This document shows, piece by piece, positions 48,905-58,777 of a DNA stretch of 64,000 nucleotides (position 1 is its first letter; each line of letters begins with the position of its first letter). Source of the stretch: Caecitellus pseudoparvulus (taxonomy: Eukaryota > Protista > Bigyra: Bicosoecida); NCBI GenBank assembly GCA_965644315.1, contig CBFFRQ010000044.1:186001-250000 (forward strand), given 5' to 3'. Under the pieces are notes generated by a model that ran no database searches, was not told where the DNA came from, and worked only from the letters and a program-made list of their open reading frames with translations. Position numbers and translations under genes: made by a program.

Positions 48905-51900
48905 TCACCCGTGGCCGTCCCCGCCGCCCTGCGCCGCCCTGCTCTGTTCCAAGCGGGCCAACATTTCTGGCGCCTCCTGCCCCGCCCTCGTTTGAACTGC
49001 TGCCGCCCCACTGCGCCGAGCTGCGTCAGCTTGCGACTGTGACTTCATGTACGCCCTCAATTCCTCCGTGCTCATGGACGTGACGTCAAACTTCGCCCGG
49101 CGTGGGGAGGTGGCTGCGACGGCTGCCGCGGCCGGAGGTGGGGCGTCTGACACCTGCACTGGAGATGTGCTGCGGGGCGGGGACGCAGTGGGCGATGGTG
49201 TGGCACCCCCTCCGGCGTGCTGCCCCAGACTGGGGTCGTAGGAGTCCCGCCGATCGGGGCTGCCTCCCAGCTGGCCGTGGGCGACGTCGTCTGGCACGGG
49301 GGAAGCCTGCGATGAATCATCAGACGCCGTGAAGGCGCCCACTTCCTCGTGTGTCCCAGCAGCCTCCTTTGCAAGCCGTTCTTGAGTCAGCTGTAGCGCA
49401 GCGTCAGCCCCATCCGCGTGGGGGATGGGCTGCCCCCCCCCAATACCACCCGCTGCCGCCACAGGCTGCTTCTTCTGTCCTTGTGTTCTCGGCCACGGCC
49501 ACCAGCTTCTCCCAGCCGAGCTGGCCTGGGCTTGGGCTTGGGGATGTGCTTGTGGCGGCGCAGGAGAGGTCGCTGCATGCTCGACTTCACTGTGCACGGG
49601 GGCTTGGTCAGTTCCACGCTGGCCAACCTGCAACGCCGGTTCAGACTCTTCGGAATCTTCAGAGGTATCATCGTCAGAAAAGTCCCCAGGAATAATGCCA
49701 GCCCCTGTCCCGCCCTGTTCCTGTGCAGCTTGAGTATCTTCATCTGCACTGAACACTCCCAGCACTTGCTCCTCGTCCTCTGCAGTTGCCACACGCCCTC
49801 GGAAAGCATCTGGCGTTGCGGGAAGCCCCGCCTCGCTTGGAGCGGGAGTGAGCCCGCCGCCATCACTCGTCAGATCCACAGTGCTTAAGTCATCTTCATC
49901 CACGTGGCCTGGTGCACTCGAAGAACGCGCGGTTGGTGTGACTTTCGGTGGCCGCGCGCCCGGAACACCCTCGACATTGAACTCAACAACTTGCGGCGTG
50001 GCGCCGGCGTCACCATCCCTACCATCACCTGACACATCTTCATGCACGGCCACGCCCACCCCGCCAACCCCCTTGAATGCGAAAGAAGGGTGTCGTTGAG
50101 ACATGGACTGCCGAGAGTGCGCCACGGATCGGAGGTCGACACCCTCGTCGAGTGGCGCTTGCTGCTCTTCCGACTGCATCTGAAGCTGGAAAATCTTCTG
50201 CTGCAAGTGAGCCATGTCCATGCCGTGCTGCTCACTGCTTGCGTGCAACGCATCCTCAGCAGCTGCCGCACGCGCATTGGCCGCCTCCGCCTCGCCCTCA
50301 GCAGCTGCCGCACGCGCATTGGCCGCCTCCGCCTCACCCTCAGCAGCTGCCGCACGCGCATTGGCCGCCTCCGCCTCACCCTCAGCAGCTGCCGCACGCG
50401 CATTGGCCGCCTCCGCCTCGCCCTCAGCAGCTGCCGCACGCGCATTGGCCGCCTCCGCCTCACCCTCAGCAGCTGCCGCACGCGCATTGGCCGCCTCCGC
50501 CTCACCCTCAGCAGCTGCCGCACGCGCATTGGCCGCCTCCGCCTCGCCCTCAGCAGCTGCCGCACGCGCATTGGCCGCCTCCGCCTCACCCTCAGCAGCT
50601 GATCTCGCCAGACCTGCCGCTTGCGCGCTCGCGCGAAGCTCGTCAATGAGACTCTTCGATACTTGCTCGCGCTTGCCAGCAAGCTCCAGCTCGCCAGACT
50701 GACGAGCAACCTCTGCACGCAGCTCATCAACTGCTTGCCGGAGTGACTCCTGCTCCAAGTCCACTCGGCGTTGAGTGTCGGCTTCTTTCGCTGCGTCAGC
50801 ACTCTTGGCCGCTTTCTGCTCGTCAGCTGCGCGTTGCAGCGCTTCCAGCACAGAGCGCAGCTGCTGCGTGCCTTCATCATGAGTAGCAGCGCAAGTGGAC
50901 AGCTCTGCGTGTGTTCGAGAGGTGGCCTCACGCTCAGTGGCAAGAGCAGCATTAGCCGCCTCCGCCTCGCCCTCAGCAGCTGCCGCACGCGCATTGGCCG
51001 CCTCAGCCTCGCCCTCAGCAGCTGCCGCACGCGCATTGGCCGCCTCAGCCTCGCCCTCAGCAGCTGCCGCACGCGCATTGGCCGCCTCCGCCTCGCCCTC
51101 AGCAGCTGATCTCGCCAGACCTGCCGCTTGAGCGCTCGCGCGAAGCTCGTCAATGAGACTCTTCGATACTTGCTCGCGCTTGCCAGCAAGCTCCAGCTCG
51201 CCAGACTGGCGAGCAACCCTTGCACGCAGCTCATCGACTGCTTGCCGGAGTGACTCCTGCTCCAAGTCCACTTGGCGTTGAGTGTCGGCTTCTTTCGCTG
51301 CGTCAGCACTCTTGGCCGCTTTCTGCTCGTCAGCTGCGCGTTGCAGCGCTTCCAGCACAGTGCGCAGCTGCTGCGTGCCTTCATCATGAGTAGCAGCGCA
51401 AGTGGACAGCTCTACGTGTGTTCGAGAGGTGGCCTCACGCTCTGTGGTTAGCGCAGCTTCGGCGGAATGCAGCTCGGCGCGCGAGGCTTCCAACTCATCA
51501 CTGAGTGCTTTCTTCGCCTCTTTCGCTGAGTGCAGCTCAGCCTTGGACTCTTCCAGTGCACTTTGAGCGTCAGATGCACTCTGCTGTAATTGCTCCATGC
51601 GCTGCTCTCCCGCAGCAAGCTGCTCTTGCGTCCTGGTCATGCCAGCTTCAAGTTCAGAACTTCGGGCAAGGGCAGTGTCTCGTTCACTCGTCACCCCCGC
51701 TATCTGCTCCTGCAACTGTTGCTCGCGGCTCTTGAGCCTTGCGCATTCCTCCTCTACCTGACGCAAGGCAGCATTTGCCTCTTCCGCGCGCTTCTGGCTT
51801 GCAGCCGCTGATTGAGCAGCGCTTGCCTCAGCTGCCTGAGCAGCCTCTACCTGCTCGCTCAACTGGGTGACGTGAGCCTGCAAAGCGCCCTCGCTGCCGG

Positions 51901-54900
51901 CACGCTCTGAAGTTGCTTCAGCGAGTTGGAGTTCCAGAACCTTAACTCGGGCTAGTGCTGCCTCCGCGTCAGCTTTGGCGGTTGCCGCTTCTGCGTCAGC
52001 GGTTGCCCTTGCCTGCTCAGCATCGTCCACCGCCGACTCCAACACTTCACGCAGGCGTCGTTCTTCTGCGGCAGTGGACTTTGCAGTCTGAAGGGCGGCC
52101 TGAAGGCCCTCCACTTCCCCCGCTGTCTTGCTCCGGAGCGCTGACAAGTCAGTCTCCGCCTGGAGCAGATCACGTCGAAGCTGCTCAACAGCCGCAGTGT
52201 GCGCGCTTTGTGCTGCACTTTGCTGCTCCGTGGCGTGAGATGCGTTGGACTCCGCTTCTGACTGCAAATGGGCAACTGTGCGCCGGAGTTCCGCGTTCTC
52301 CTCCACCAACTTGCCAGCCGCTGCCTGCAGTCTCCCAACACACTGGGCACGTGTGCTGCCACCTTCTTGAAGTGACTGAGCTGTGGCTTGCACTTCGCCC
52401 AGGACATGCTTCAACCGCTCCACCTCAGTTTGCGAAGCCTGAGCAGAAGCCCTAGCCGTGGCTGCATCAGCCCTGCTCTGCTGGACTTCTGCCTTGGCAT
52501 CCGCCAACGCAGCCCGCGTGTCTTTCAAGGCGAATGCTGCGCTGGTTGAGTCGTCTTGCTGTGACGCTGCTGCCTCCTCTGCGGCTTCCACACAGCGTTG
52601 GAGCTGCGAGATTTCTTGCTTCGCATCACGCAACGCAGCTTCTGCTTCCTGCTGGGCATTCTGCGCTTTTCTCTCCCTTTCAGCAGCACTTGCCGCCTCC
52701 TCTGCTGCGGTAGCTTGCTCGCTGGCAGCTCGCTCAGCTGCCTCCAGCGAGGCCTGGGCAGCCTCAGTGGCCTGTGCCGTAGCCTGCCGTTCGCGAGACA
52801 AGTCCTCCTGGAGAGCTGCTGCAGCCTCCCTCGCCGCAGCAAGCTGCCCCTGCAGTAACGTCACTGTGTTCTGTGCAGTAGCGGCCGCTTGTCTGCACTC
52901 ATCAGCTTCAGCTTGAGCCTCGTTCACCTCGGCTCGCAAGGCTTCAAGCTGGTCATGAGCGTGCGACGGGGACGCACTTGCAGTCGCACTTTCTTCTCTA
53001 AACGCATCGTCGCCGTCCAGCACCTCTCCAAACGGAGCTGAACCCTGCCTGGGTGGCGGGCTTCCTGCATCAGCAGTTGGCGCGGCTCCAAGCGACTGCA
53101 GTGGCTCAGACTCCGCTTTCGACAGGCGCTGCTGTGCCTGTGCGAAGAATGCGTCCCTTTTCTGCAACAGGCTGCGTTTATCAGCTTCCAAGTCCTCGAT
53201 TTCCGCAGCAAGGCCCTCCTCTCGACCTGCAAGCTCAGCCTCTCGCTCTGCAAGCGCATCCTTGGCTGACTGCAAGGACAGCTTACTTGCTTGGAGAGCC
53301 ACGGATTCTGCCTCCAACTCGGCCTGTCGCCCTTGCAGCTCGTCGCGCAGACGCTGCAGTGACGCGCGCTCCTCTGCCAGTGCGCTGCCGTCGGCCTCCA
53401 GCTTCTGTCGAGCAGTGGCGAGTTCCCCGTGCTGCTCCAGCAGGGCCTGTGACTTGCGCACTGTCTCCTGTGCTGCATGCCGCTCAGCCTCACCAACCAC
53501 TGACACACGAGCATCCAGCTGTGCCTCGGATGCCTGCAGCGTTGCTTCGCGTTGGTCCAACTCAAGTTGGCGCTTCTCCAACGCTCCCTGGCTGTCTGCA
53601 GATTCTGCCAGGAACGCTCGGCGCTCCTCGGCAAGCTGCTTCCGGGCAACCTCTACATCACTCTGCGCTGTGCGGAGGGCTTGTTGCTGAGTGGCCAGCT
53701 CCTGCTGGGCGGCACTTGCCGTCGCCTCAGCGCCCTCCAGAGATTTCGCGCGTGCATCCAGCGATGCCTGCAGGGCTGCAAGTTGCTCTTGCCGGCTCTG
53801 CAACGCAGATTCTGCCGCCTCGACGGCTTCGATGCGCACATGCTTGGAAGTCAGCTCCGCTGTGCGAGCCGCCAATGCACGTTCAGCTTCTGCCACCGCC
53901 GCCTGCCGCTCAGCGATGCTGGCTTCGCTCTTGCCTCGCAAGTCTTCAAACTCCACCCGGGCATGGTTCAAAGTGGACTCAGCCTTGCGCTGTGACTCCT
54001 CAATCATGTCCAGTTCCTGCTCTCGCTGGGCGAGAGCGGTGGCGTGGGACTCCAGCGTGCTGTGTTGTGCTGACAGAGCGGCCACGCCGGCATTGTGCGC
54101 CTGCTCAAGCTGCGTCACCTGCTCGTCCAAGCTCTGCAAAACAGCATGCACTTCCTTTTGTTCTGCTAGGAGGATACCCCATTGCTTACTGAGGCGCGTC
54201 CGCGCGTGCGACAGCTCCGTCTCGCGAAGCGCCACGAGAGCGCGTTGAGCAAGGGACAGCGGAGGCGGCGCGAGCTGAGATCGCGCAGGCACATCCCCTA
54301 GAAACAGCCCTGTGCTCCCTCCAACTCCACTGCCCGTTCGCCGCCGCAGCGTGAGCGTGGGTGCGCTGTCGCGCTGCTCCAAGCCTGCCAGCAGCTCCAC
54401 CCACTCGTCCAGCGAGTCGCCTGCTTCGGAGCCATTGGTTGGCGACCGGGGCTGTGTGTGCGCTGCTGTTGAACGTCTCGACGAGGCAGATCGGAGGGAT
54501 TGTGCCCACTGCGCATTCGGAGCGGTGTGCGACGTCAAGCGCGCGCCCAGGAGCGGCGACGTGGGGTGCACCGCCTCGGCCACGCGCGACCTGCCCAGGT
54601 CAATGTCCGAGCCCCTCGTCGCCACATGCTCCTGCGCTGCCAGGCGCATGTGCTGCGCATTGTCTCGCTGGATGGCCTGCAGCTTGCTGCGGGCTTGCGT
54701 CATGGCATGCAGGGCGAGGGGGGGCACATCCAGCGTGAAGTGCAGAACGGGTGCCGGAGAGCGGCTGGTGTCTTCTGGTGAGGCACTACCGGAGCTGCGG
54801 TCACCTCCGCTGCTTGGAGAAGGCGCAAGCTGTGGGCGTAGCGGCGAGCCTACCTCCTCGGGCATGGTCAGGTCCAACTCTGAGTCCAGCTCCTGGGCGA

Positions 54901-56974
54901 GATGCTGGACGGACCGAATGCGCTCGCGCAGGTCGCCTGGCGAGCCCGGCAACGGCGGCCCGGAAAGACTGGGCGCCTGCAGCGGGGACGAAAGAGTGCG
55001 CATTTGCGGGTTGGAGGGGGGAGAAATGCCTGGAGGCGGCGATGTGGTGTGTGGTGGGGGGGGTGGCAAACTCGACACAGCGTGCGATGTCGGCGTGGCG
55101 GCCGCAGGACGAGCTGGTCGCAGGGGCTGCACCACCGGAGACACGCCACTGCGTGGGTGGTGCGGCAGGCGACCCGTCGCGGCCGCCGCATGCTGTGCTG
55201 CCATGGCCTGCCGCTGGCTGGCCCCGACTGCAGATCGCACGGAGAGCAGCTTGTCGCTCAGGGTCTGGGCCTGTGACGCGAGTCGCGTGCGTTGTGGAGT
55301 CGCCGGAGCTGGAGGTCTGAGCGAGGCGGAGTCAGTGAACGATGAGTCACCGGTAGAAGTGGACGACACAGGGCGCGGAGGGGCAGTCGCGCTGTGGGCT
55401 GGGGGTTGAGGAGGGCTCACAGCGCCTTGGGGTGCTGGCGAGCCTGCGGCTGGCGGTGATCGACCTGCCTGCGCCACTTGCCGCAAGTACCCCAGCTGCT
55501 GCTTGAGCTGCAACTCCCTCGCCGCCAGGGCATCAATGGAGTCTAGCAACGGGGTAAGCGTGTCTTCTTTCTTCTGCAGGGCGGCTGACCACTCAGACAG
55601 GCGTTTTGTCTCCCGCTCAATGCGTGCCTCGGCGGCAGCGTTGGTCTCCGCCACCACCTCCGCGCACTGCTGCCGCGCAAGCTCTGCGCGTTCCTCGGCT
55701 TCGGCCACAAGGCGTGCCGCATGGTGCTGTGCTTCTTCAATGGCCTGGGATGCCGCTGCTTGCTGTGCGGCTAAGTTTGTCTCGGCGTCCGCCAGCTCTG
55801 CCTCCCGTACAGCAAGCAGGCCTTCCTTCGCTTGCACGCGCTTCAAGGCAGCTTGGAGTGCGTGGGCATCAGCAACGTCATCTGCCGTCCACTTGGGAGC
55901 AAATTTATCAGGGTCTGCAAACATCTCAGCGAAGGTTGGTTGCTGCTCCTGGTCTGGGGTTGATGCACCTGCCGCGCTTTCCGTCTGCCCCGCAGCTCCA
56001 AGAAGCGCACCAGCCTGCGCCACGGCAGAGGTCTTGGCGCTGCGCATGTCTTTTAAGTAGCGTTTGATGAGATCTTGCGAATCCTCTGCAGTCACTGCTT
56101 TGGCGAGCTCCCCCAGATCCTCCCGGGCACGGCGCAGCGTTTCTTCTTGCTGCGCATCAGCCTCGCGGCACGCTCGCTGCAGTGCCAGTTCACGCGCAGC
56201 CAAGGCATCTTCCCTCGCCTGCAGTCTGGTTGCGTGGTCATCACTGGGAGGGGCTTCCAATGTCTCGCTGTCACACTCTGTGGCGGCCTCAGCTCGCGCC
56301 CTTGCTGAGCTGTGAAACGGAGATTTGAACCCAGTCTTTGGGTGGTTGCTGTCACCGTGCCTTGTCCCCATCGACGGCGCTGCGGCCTGGCCCGGGGGTG
56401 GAGGGAAGGAAGTGTCTCCTGAGAATGCTACGGAAGGTGTCTGGCGCATGGGCCGCGCGTCTGCGCCCATTCGCGGCGCGGTTTGCGACAGCGGGCCGCT
56501 GCGTGCCAACGCCAGGCCTGCGTTTCGCCGAGCACCGCCCGCTGCAGTGCGCACTGCTCCTGTCGTGCGCTGAGCTGGCCCCGCACCATATCGCCCGCGC
56601 ACACGATGCACTGGTCTGGATGGCACTCCCCGCTTTGCACCGCTGTCAGTGAAGCCAAAAGGCGCCCTCTCAGAGCTGCCACTGCCAAAGGCCTGTCTGC
56701 TCGGCTTGCCCGGCAAGGCTCCAGCTGTGCTCGCAAGGCTTTTGTGGCGGTGACTGGGCAGGGCCCCGCTCAGCACAGCTGAGGCGAGGGCCGAGTTGCT
56801 CTCAAAACTCGCTGGCTGCGAGCGGGCTGAGTCTGTGCATGGCCGGGCAGGGGAGAGGCGGCAGCTTGTGGCCTGATGCAGTGTCGCGGCGACACCAGCC
56901 AGGCACCTACGTAAGGCCCGTGGAGCTGGCTGCCTGCGCAGTTGTGCGCGTTCCATGGCGTGCACCGAATTCAT
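48905..56974 (-). CDS. Large coiled-coil protein (2689 aa) with internal tandem repeats and disordered termini
   Basis: Long uninterrupted ORF with extensive A/E/Q/L/R heptad-like segments interrupted by Pro/Ser-rich regions. No motor or enzymatic domain recognised. Exact start codon uncertain. Confidence 0.8.
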   Translation of the reverse strand: MNSVHAMERAQLRRQPAPRALRRCLAGVAATLHQATSCRLSPARPCTDSARSQPASFESNSALASAVLSGALPSHRHKSLASTAGALPGKPSRQAFGSGSSERAPFGFTDSGAKRGVPSRPVHRVRGRYGAGPAQRTTGAVRTAAGGARRNAGLALARSGPLSQTAPRMGADARPMRQTPSVAFSGDTSFPPPPGQAAAPSMGTRHGDSNHPKTGFKSPFHSSARARAEAATECDSETLEAPPSDDHATRLQAREDALAARELALQRACREADAQQEETLRRAREDLGELAKAVTAEDSQDLIKRYLKDMRSAKTSAVAQAGALLGAAGQTESAAGASTPDQEQQPTFAEMFADPDKFAPKWTADDVADAHALQAALKRVQAKEGLLAVREAELADAETNLAAQQAAASQAIEEAQHHAARLVAEAEERAELARQQCAEVVAETNAAAEARIERETKRLSEWSAALQKKEDTLTPLLDSIDALAARELQLKQQLGYLRQVAQAGRSPPAAGSPAPQGAVSPPQPPAHSATAPPRPVSSTSTGDSSFTDSASLRPPAPATPQRTRLASQAQTLSDKLLSVRSAVGASQRQAMAAQHAAAATGRLPHHPRSGVSPVVQPLRPARPAAATPTSHAVSSLPPPPPHTTSPPPGISPPSNPQMRTLSSPLQAPSLSGPPLPGSPGDLRERIRSVQHLAQELDSELDLTMPEEVGSPLRPQLAPSPSSGGDRSSGSASPEDTSRSPAPVLHFTLDVPPLALHAMTQARSKLQAIQRDNAQHMRLAAQEHVATRGSDIDLGRSRVAEAVHPTSPLLGARLTSHTAPNAQWAQSLRSASSRRSTAAHTQPRSPTNGSEAGDSLDEWVELLAGLEQRDSAPTLTLRRRTGSGVGGSTGLFLGDVPARSQLAPPPLSLAQRALVALRETELSHARTRLSKQWGILLAEQKEVHAVLQSLDEQVTQLEQAHNAGVAALSAQHSTLESHATALAQREQELDMIEESQRKAESTLNHARVEFEDLRGKSEASIAERQAAVAEAERALAARTAELTSKHVRIEAVEAAESALQSRQEQLAALQASLDARAKSLEGAEATASAAQQELATQQQALRTAQSDVEVARKQLAEERRAFLAESADSQGALEKRQLELDQREATLQASEAQLDARVSVVGEAERHAAQETVRKSQALLEQHGELATARQKLEADGSALAEERASLQRLRDELQGRQAELEAESVALQASKLSLQSAKDALAEREAELAGREEGLAAEIEDLEADKRSLLQKRDAFFAQAQQRLSKAESEPLQSLGAAPTADAGSPPPRQGSAPFGEVLDGDDAFREESATASASPSHAHDQLEALRAEVNEAQAEADECRQAAATAQNTVTLLQGQLAAAREAAAALQEDLSRERQATAQATEAAQASLEAAERAASEQATAAEEAASAAERERKAQNAQQEAEAALRDAKQEISQLQRCVEAAEEAAASQQDDSTSAAFALKDTRAALADAKAEVQQSRADAATARASAQASQTEVERLKHVLGEVQATAQSLQEGGSTRAQCVGRLQAAAGKLVEENAELRRTVAHLQSEAESNASHATEQQSAAQSAHTAAVEQLRRDLLQAETDLSALRSKTAGEVEGLQAALQTAKSTAAEERRLREVLESAVDDAEQARATADAEAATAKADAEAALARVKVLELQLAEATSERAGSEGALQAHVTQLSEQVEAAQAAEASAAQSAAASQKRAEEANAALRQVEEECARLKSREQQLQEQIAGVTSERDTALARSSELEAGMTRTQEQLAAGEQRMEQLQQSASDAQSALEESKAELHSAKEAKKALSDELEASRAELHSAEAALTTEREATSRTHVELSTCAATHDEGTQQLRTVLEALQRAADEQKAAKSADAAKEADTQRQVDLEQESLRQAVDELRARVARQSGELELAGKREQVSKSLIDELRASAQAAGLARSAAEGEAEAANARAAAAEGEAEAANARAAAAEGEAEAANARAAAAEGEAEAANAALATEREATSRTHAELSTCAATHDEGTQQLRSVLEALQRAADEQKAAKSADAAKEADTQRRVDLEQESLRQAVDELRAEVARQSGELELAGKREQVSKSLIDELRASAQAAGLARSAAEGEAEAANARAAAAEGEAEAANARAAAAEGEAEAANARAAAAEGEAEAANARAAAAEGEAEAANARAAAAEGEAEAANARAAAAEGEAEAANARAAAAEGEAEAANARAAAAEDALHASSEQHGMDMAHLQQKIFQLQMQSEEQQAPLDEGVDLRSVAHSRQSMSQRHPSFAFKGVGGVGVAVHEDVSGDGRDGDAGATPQVVEFNVEGVPGARPPKVTPTARSSSAPGHVDEDDLSTVDLTSDGGGLTPAPSEAGLPATPDAFRGRVATAEDEEQVLGVFSADEDTQAAQEQGGTGAGIIPGDFSDDDTSEDSEESEPALQVGQRGTDQAPVHSEVEHAATSPAPPQAHPQAQAQASSAGRSWWPWPRTQGQKKQPVAAAGGIGGGQPIPHADGADAALQLTQERLAKEAAGTHEEVGAFTASDDSSQASPVPDDVAHGQLGGSPDRRDSYDPSLGQHAGGGATPSPTASPPRSTSPVQVSDAPPPAAAAVAATSPRRAKFDVTSMSTEELRAYMKSQSQADAARRSGAAAVQTRAGQEAPEMLARLEQSRAAQGGGDGHG
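50254..50601. repeat. 42-bp coding tandem repeat, 8 copies (14 aa, AAAEGEAEAANARA)
   Basis: Unit CAGCAGCTGCCGCACGCGCATTGGCCGCCTCCGCCTC(G/A)CCCT repeated head-to-tail with no spacers. Confidence 0.95.
50601..51446. repeat. ~340-bp direct duplication at 507-bp period (50601-50939 vs 51108-51446)
   Basis: Two near-identical copies encoding TEREATSRTH(V/A)ELSTCAATHDEGTQQLR...SAQAAGLARS. The 507-bp offset was checked at 50881 vs 51388. Confidence 0.92.
50947..51108. repeat. Second array of the same 42-bp unit, ~4 copies (one degenerate)
   Basis: Same unit with a C/A variant (GCCTCAGCC). Translates to four EGEAEAANA units. Confidence 0.92.
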
Positions 56975-57050
56975 GCAAATGCTGTGTTAGGCTACAGATT
57001 CCCCCCACTTGTCAGCGCTTGCACGAGGCGCGGGTAGGACCTGCGGCACT

Positions 57051-57078
57051 GTGCTGGTGCTGGTGCTGGTGCTGGTGC
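57051..57078. repeat. (GTGCTG)n microsatellite, ~4.7 units
   Basis: gtgctggtgctggtgctggtgctggtgc, in the divergent intergenic region between the coiled-coil and MOSC genes. Confidence 0.8.
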
Positions 57079-57477
57079 GTCCCTCACAACTGCCGCTCAA
57101 GACACAAAGCGCACAGTTTGTCGCACTCGAGCTGGCATAGCCAAGCGCTGTTCGGGAAGCAGAGGCTGGGCTCTTAGTTATCCCCTTCTGGACGAGTGGC
57201 AAGGCATTTGAGAAGTTGACGCGTTTGCAGGACGTACTCTGGCTACCACTGAGATGGAGAAGCCCAGTAGATGATTGGATCGAGGTATGTGCCTGTTTTT
57301 TGCGTCTTCATTCCGATGCAATGAAAGCAATGTCCAACAAAACTCCAAGCAAACAGCATCTCAACTATCAGGCAGGGTTCAGCACAGCCGCCGCGGCTTT
57401 GGACCTGTTCAGACTTGGCCTTTGCGTTTCCAAGGTTGGCGTGGTGTGGCGAATTCCGCAGGTTTTCTGCAGCAAGC

Positions 57478-58739
57478 ATGGACAAGCTGTTTGACGGCGT
57501 TCCCGAGGGCTGGCAGCTGGGACTGGTGTGTAGTTGCTCCTATGATGCCGTGTCATCTCCCCATCACGCAGGCCGTCTCTCTGTGCAGATGGCAGCAGGC
57601 GCACTGTTGCTGCTATTCGCTGTGGCGTGGGTTGCGCTTCAAGCATGGCCGGCTGAGGAGTGGAGCGAGGAGGACACGGGCATTCGTGTGGACTCCATCA
57701 TCATCTACCCCATCAAGTGCGTTTGCTGTCAGGGCGCCTGCCCCTGGTGCCGCGGCACGTACCCCGTGTTTCCATTCTCAGGGGATGCGGCGGGACGGAG
57801 GTGCACGAGACTGTGTTGGAGGCGGAGGGGCCGCGCCACGACCGACGATTCATGATCGTGAATCGCAAGGGTGCATTCCAAACACAGCGCCAGATCCCGA
57901 AAATGGCCACCATCCGCCCGGCCTTGGAAACACAGGGTGCTGTCGTCACCGGCTTGGTCCTGGCCACATCCGACACACCTGACAGGCTGCACGTGGATGT
58001 GGTGCAGGACACGCCAGTGGACACACTGGCGCCAGAGGACGGCAGCAGTGTGCAAGGCGCACGTGTGGAGGTGCGCATTTGGGGCCAGCGTGTGCCTGGC
58101 GCAGTGGACCAGGGCCCTCAGGCAGCAGAGTGGTTGGAGCGTGTTCTGGACACTCCCGGCCTGCGCCTCGTGTTCATGGATGCACAGTGCCACCGAGCCC
58201 TGCAGCACAAGAGTGGAAAGTACGCGGAACCGTTTTCACAGCGCGTGGGAACACCCACAGGAGTCACAAGTTTTGCAGATGGGTACCCGCTGCTCGTGGC
58301 CAACCGCGCCAGCTTGGCCGATTTGAATGACAAACTCGTGGCAGCAGCAGGCACCGCCACCGCCGCGTTGCCCATGGAGCGTTTCCGAGCCAACATCGTC
58401 GTGGCTGGGCCGACTCAAGCTTGGGAAGAGGACACGTGGCTGGCGTTTCGCGTGGGGCCTGTGCAGATGCACGGCGTCAAGCGCTGCGTGCGTTGCCGCG
58501 TCCCGACAACTGACCAGGAAACGGGTGTGCAGGCAGAAGGTGTGGGAGGTCGCGAGGCTGAGCCACTGGCAACACTGCGCGAGACACGGCAAGGTGCCAA
58601 GCCGCACGAAGGGTGCTTTGGCATGAACGCCATCCATGAGATGGTGCAGTCTGAGGCGGGCTGCACTGTGCGGGTGGGGGATGTCGTGGTGGTGAACAAG
58701 CGGGGGCGCGTGGGCCCGTTGCCTCCGCCGAAGGCATGA
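57478..58739 (+). CDS. MOSC-domain protein (mARC-like, MOSC_N plus MOSC) with N-terminal membrane anchor
   Basis: Intron 57717-57781 restores IIIYPIKGCGG, and there is a probable first in-frame intron at 57526-57588. Motifs HDRRFMIV, FADGYPLLVANRASLADLN, MERFRANIVV, WEEDTW, KRCVRCRVPTTDQETG and FGMN. Confidence 0.9.
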
Positions 58740-58777
58740 GGTGCAGCGAAGGTGTCAGGGCACAATGCATGAAATGC

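Noticed and set aside
50254-51108. 42-bp repeats as a CRISPR array
   Set aside because: The units are contiguous with no unique spacers, are in frame within a coding sequence, and there are no cas genes in this eukaryotic context.
57051-57078. GCTGGT repeats as Chi sites or telomeric repeats
   Set aside because: The sequence is not GCTGGTGG or a known telomere unit. It is best read as a short microsatellite.
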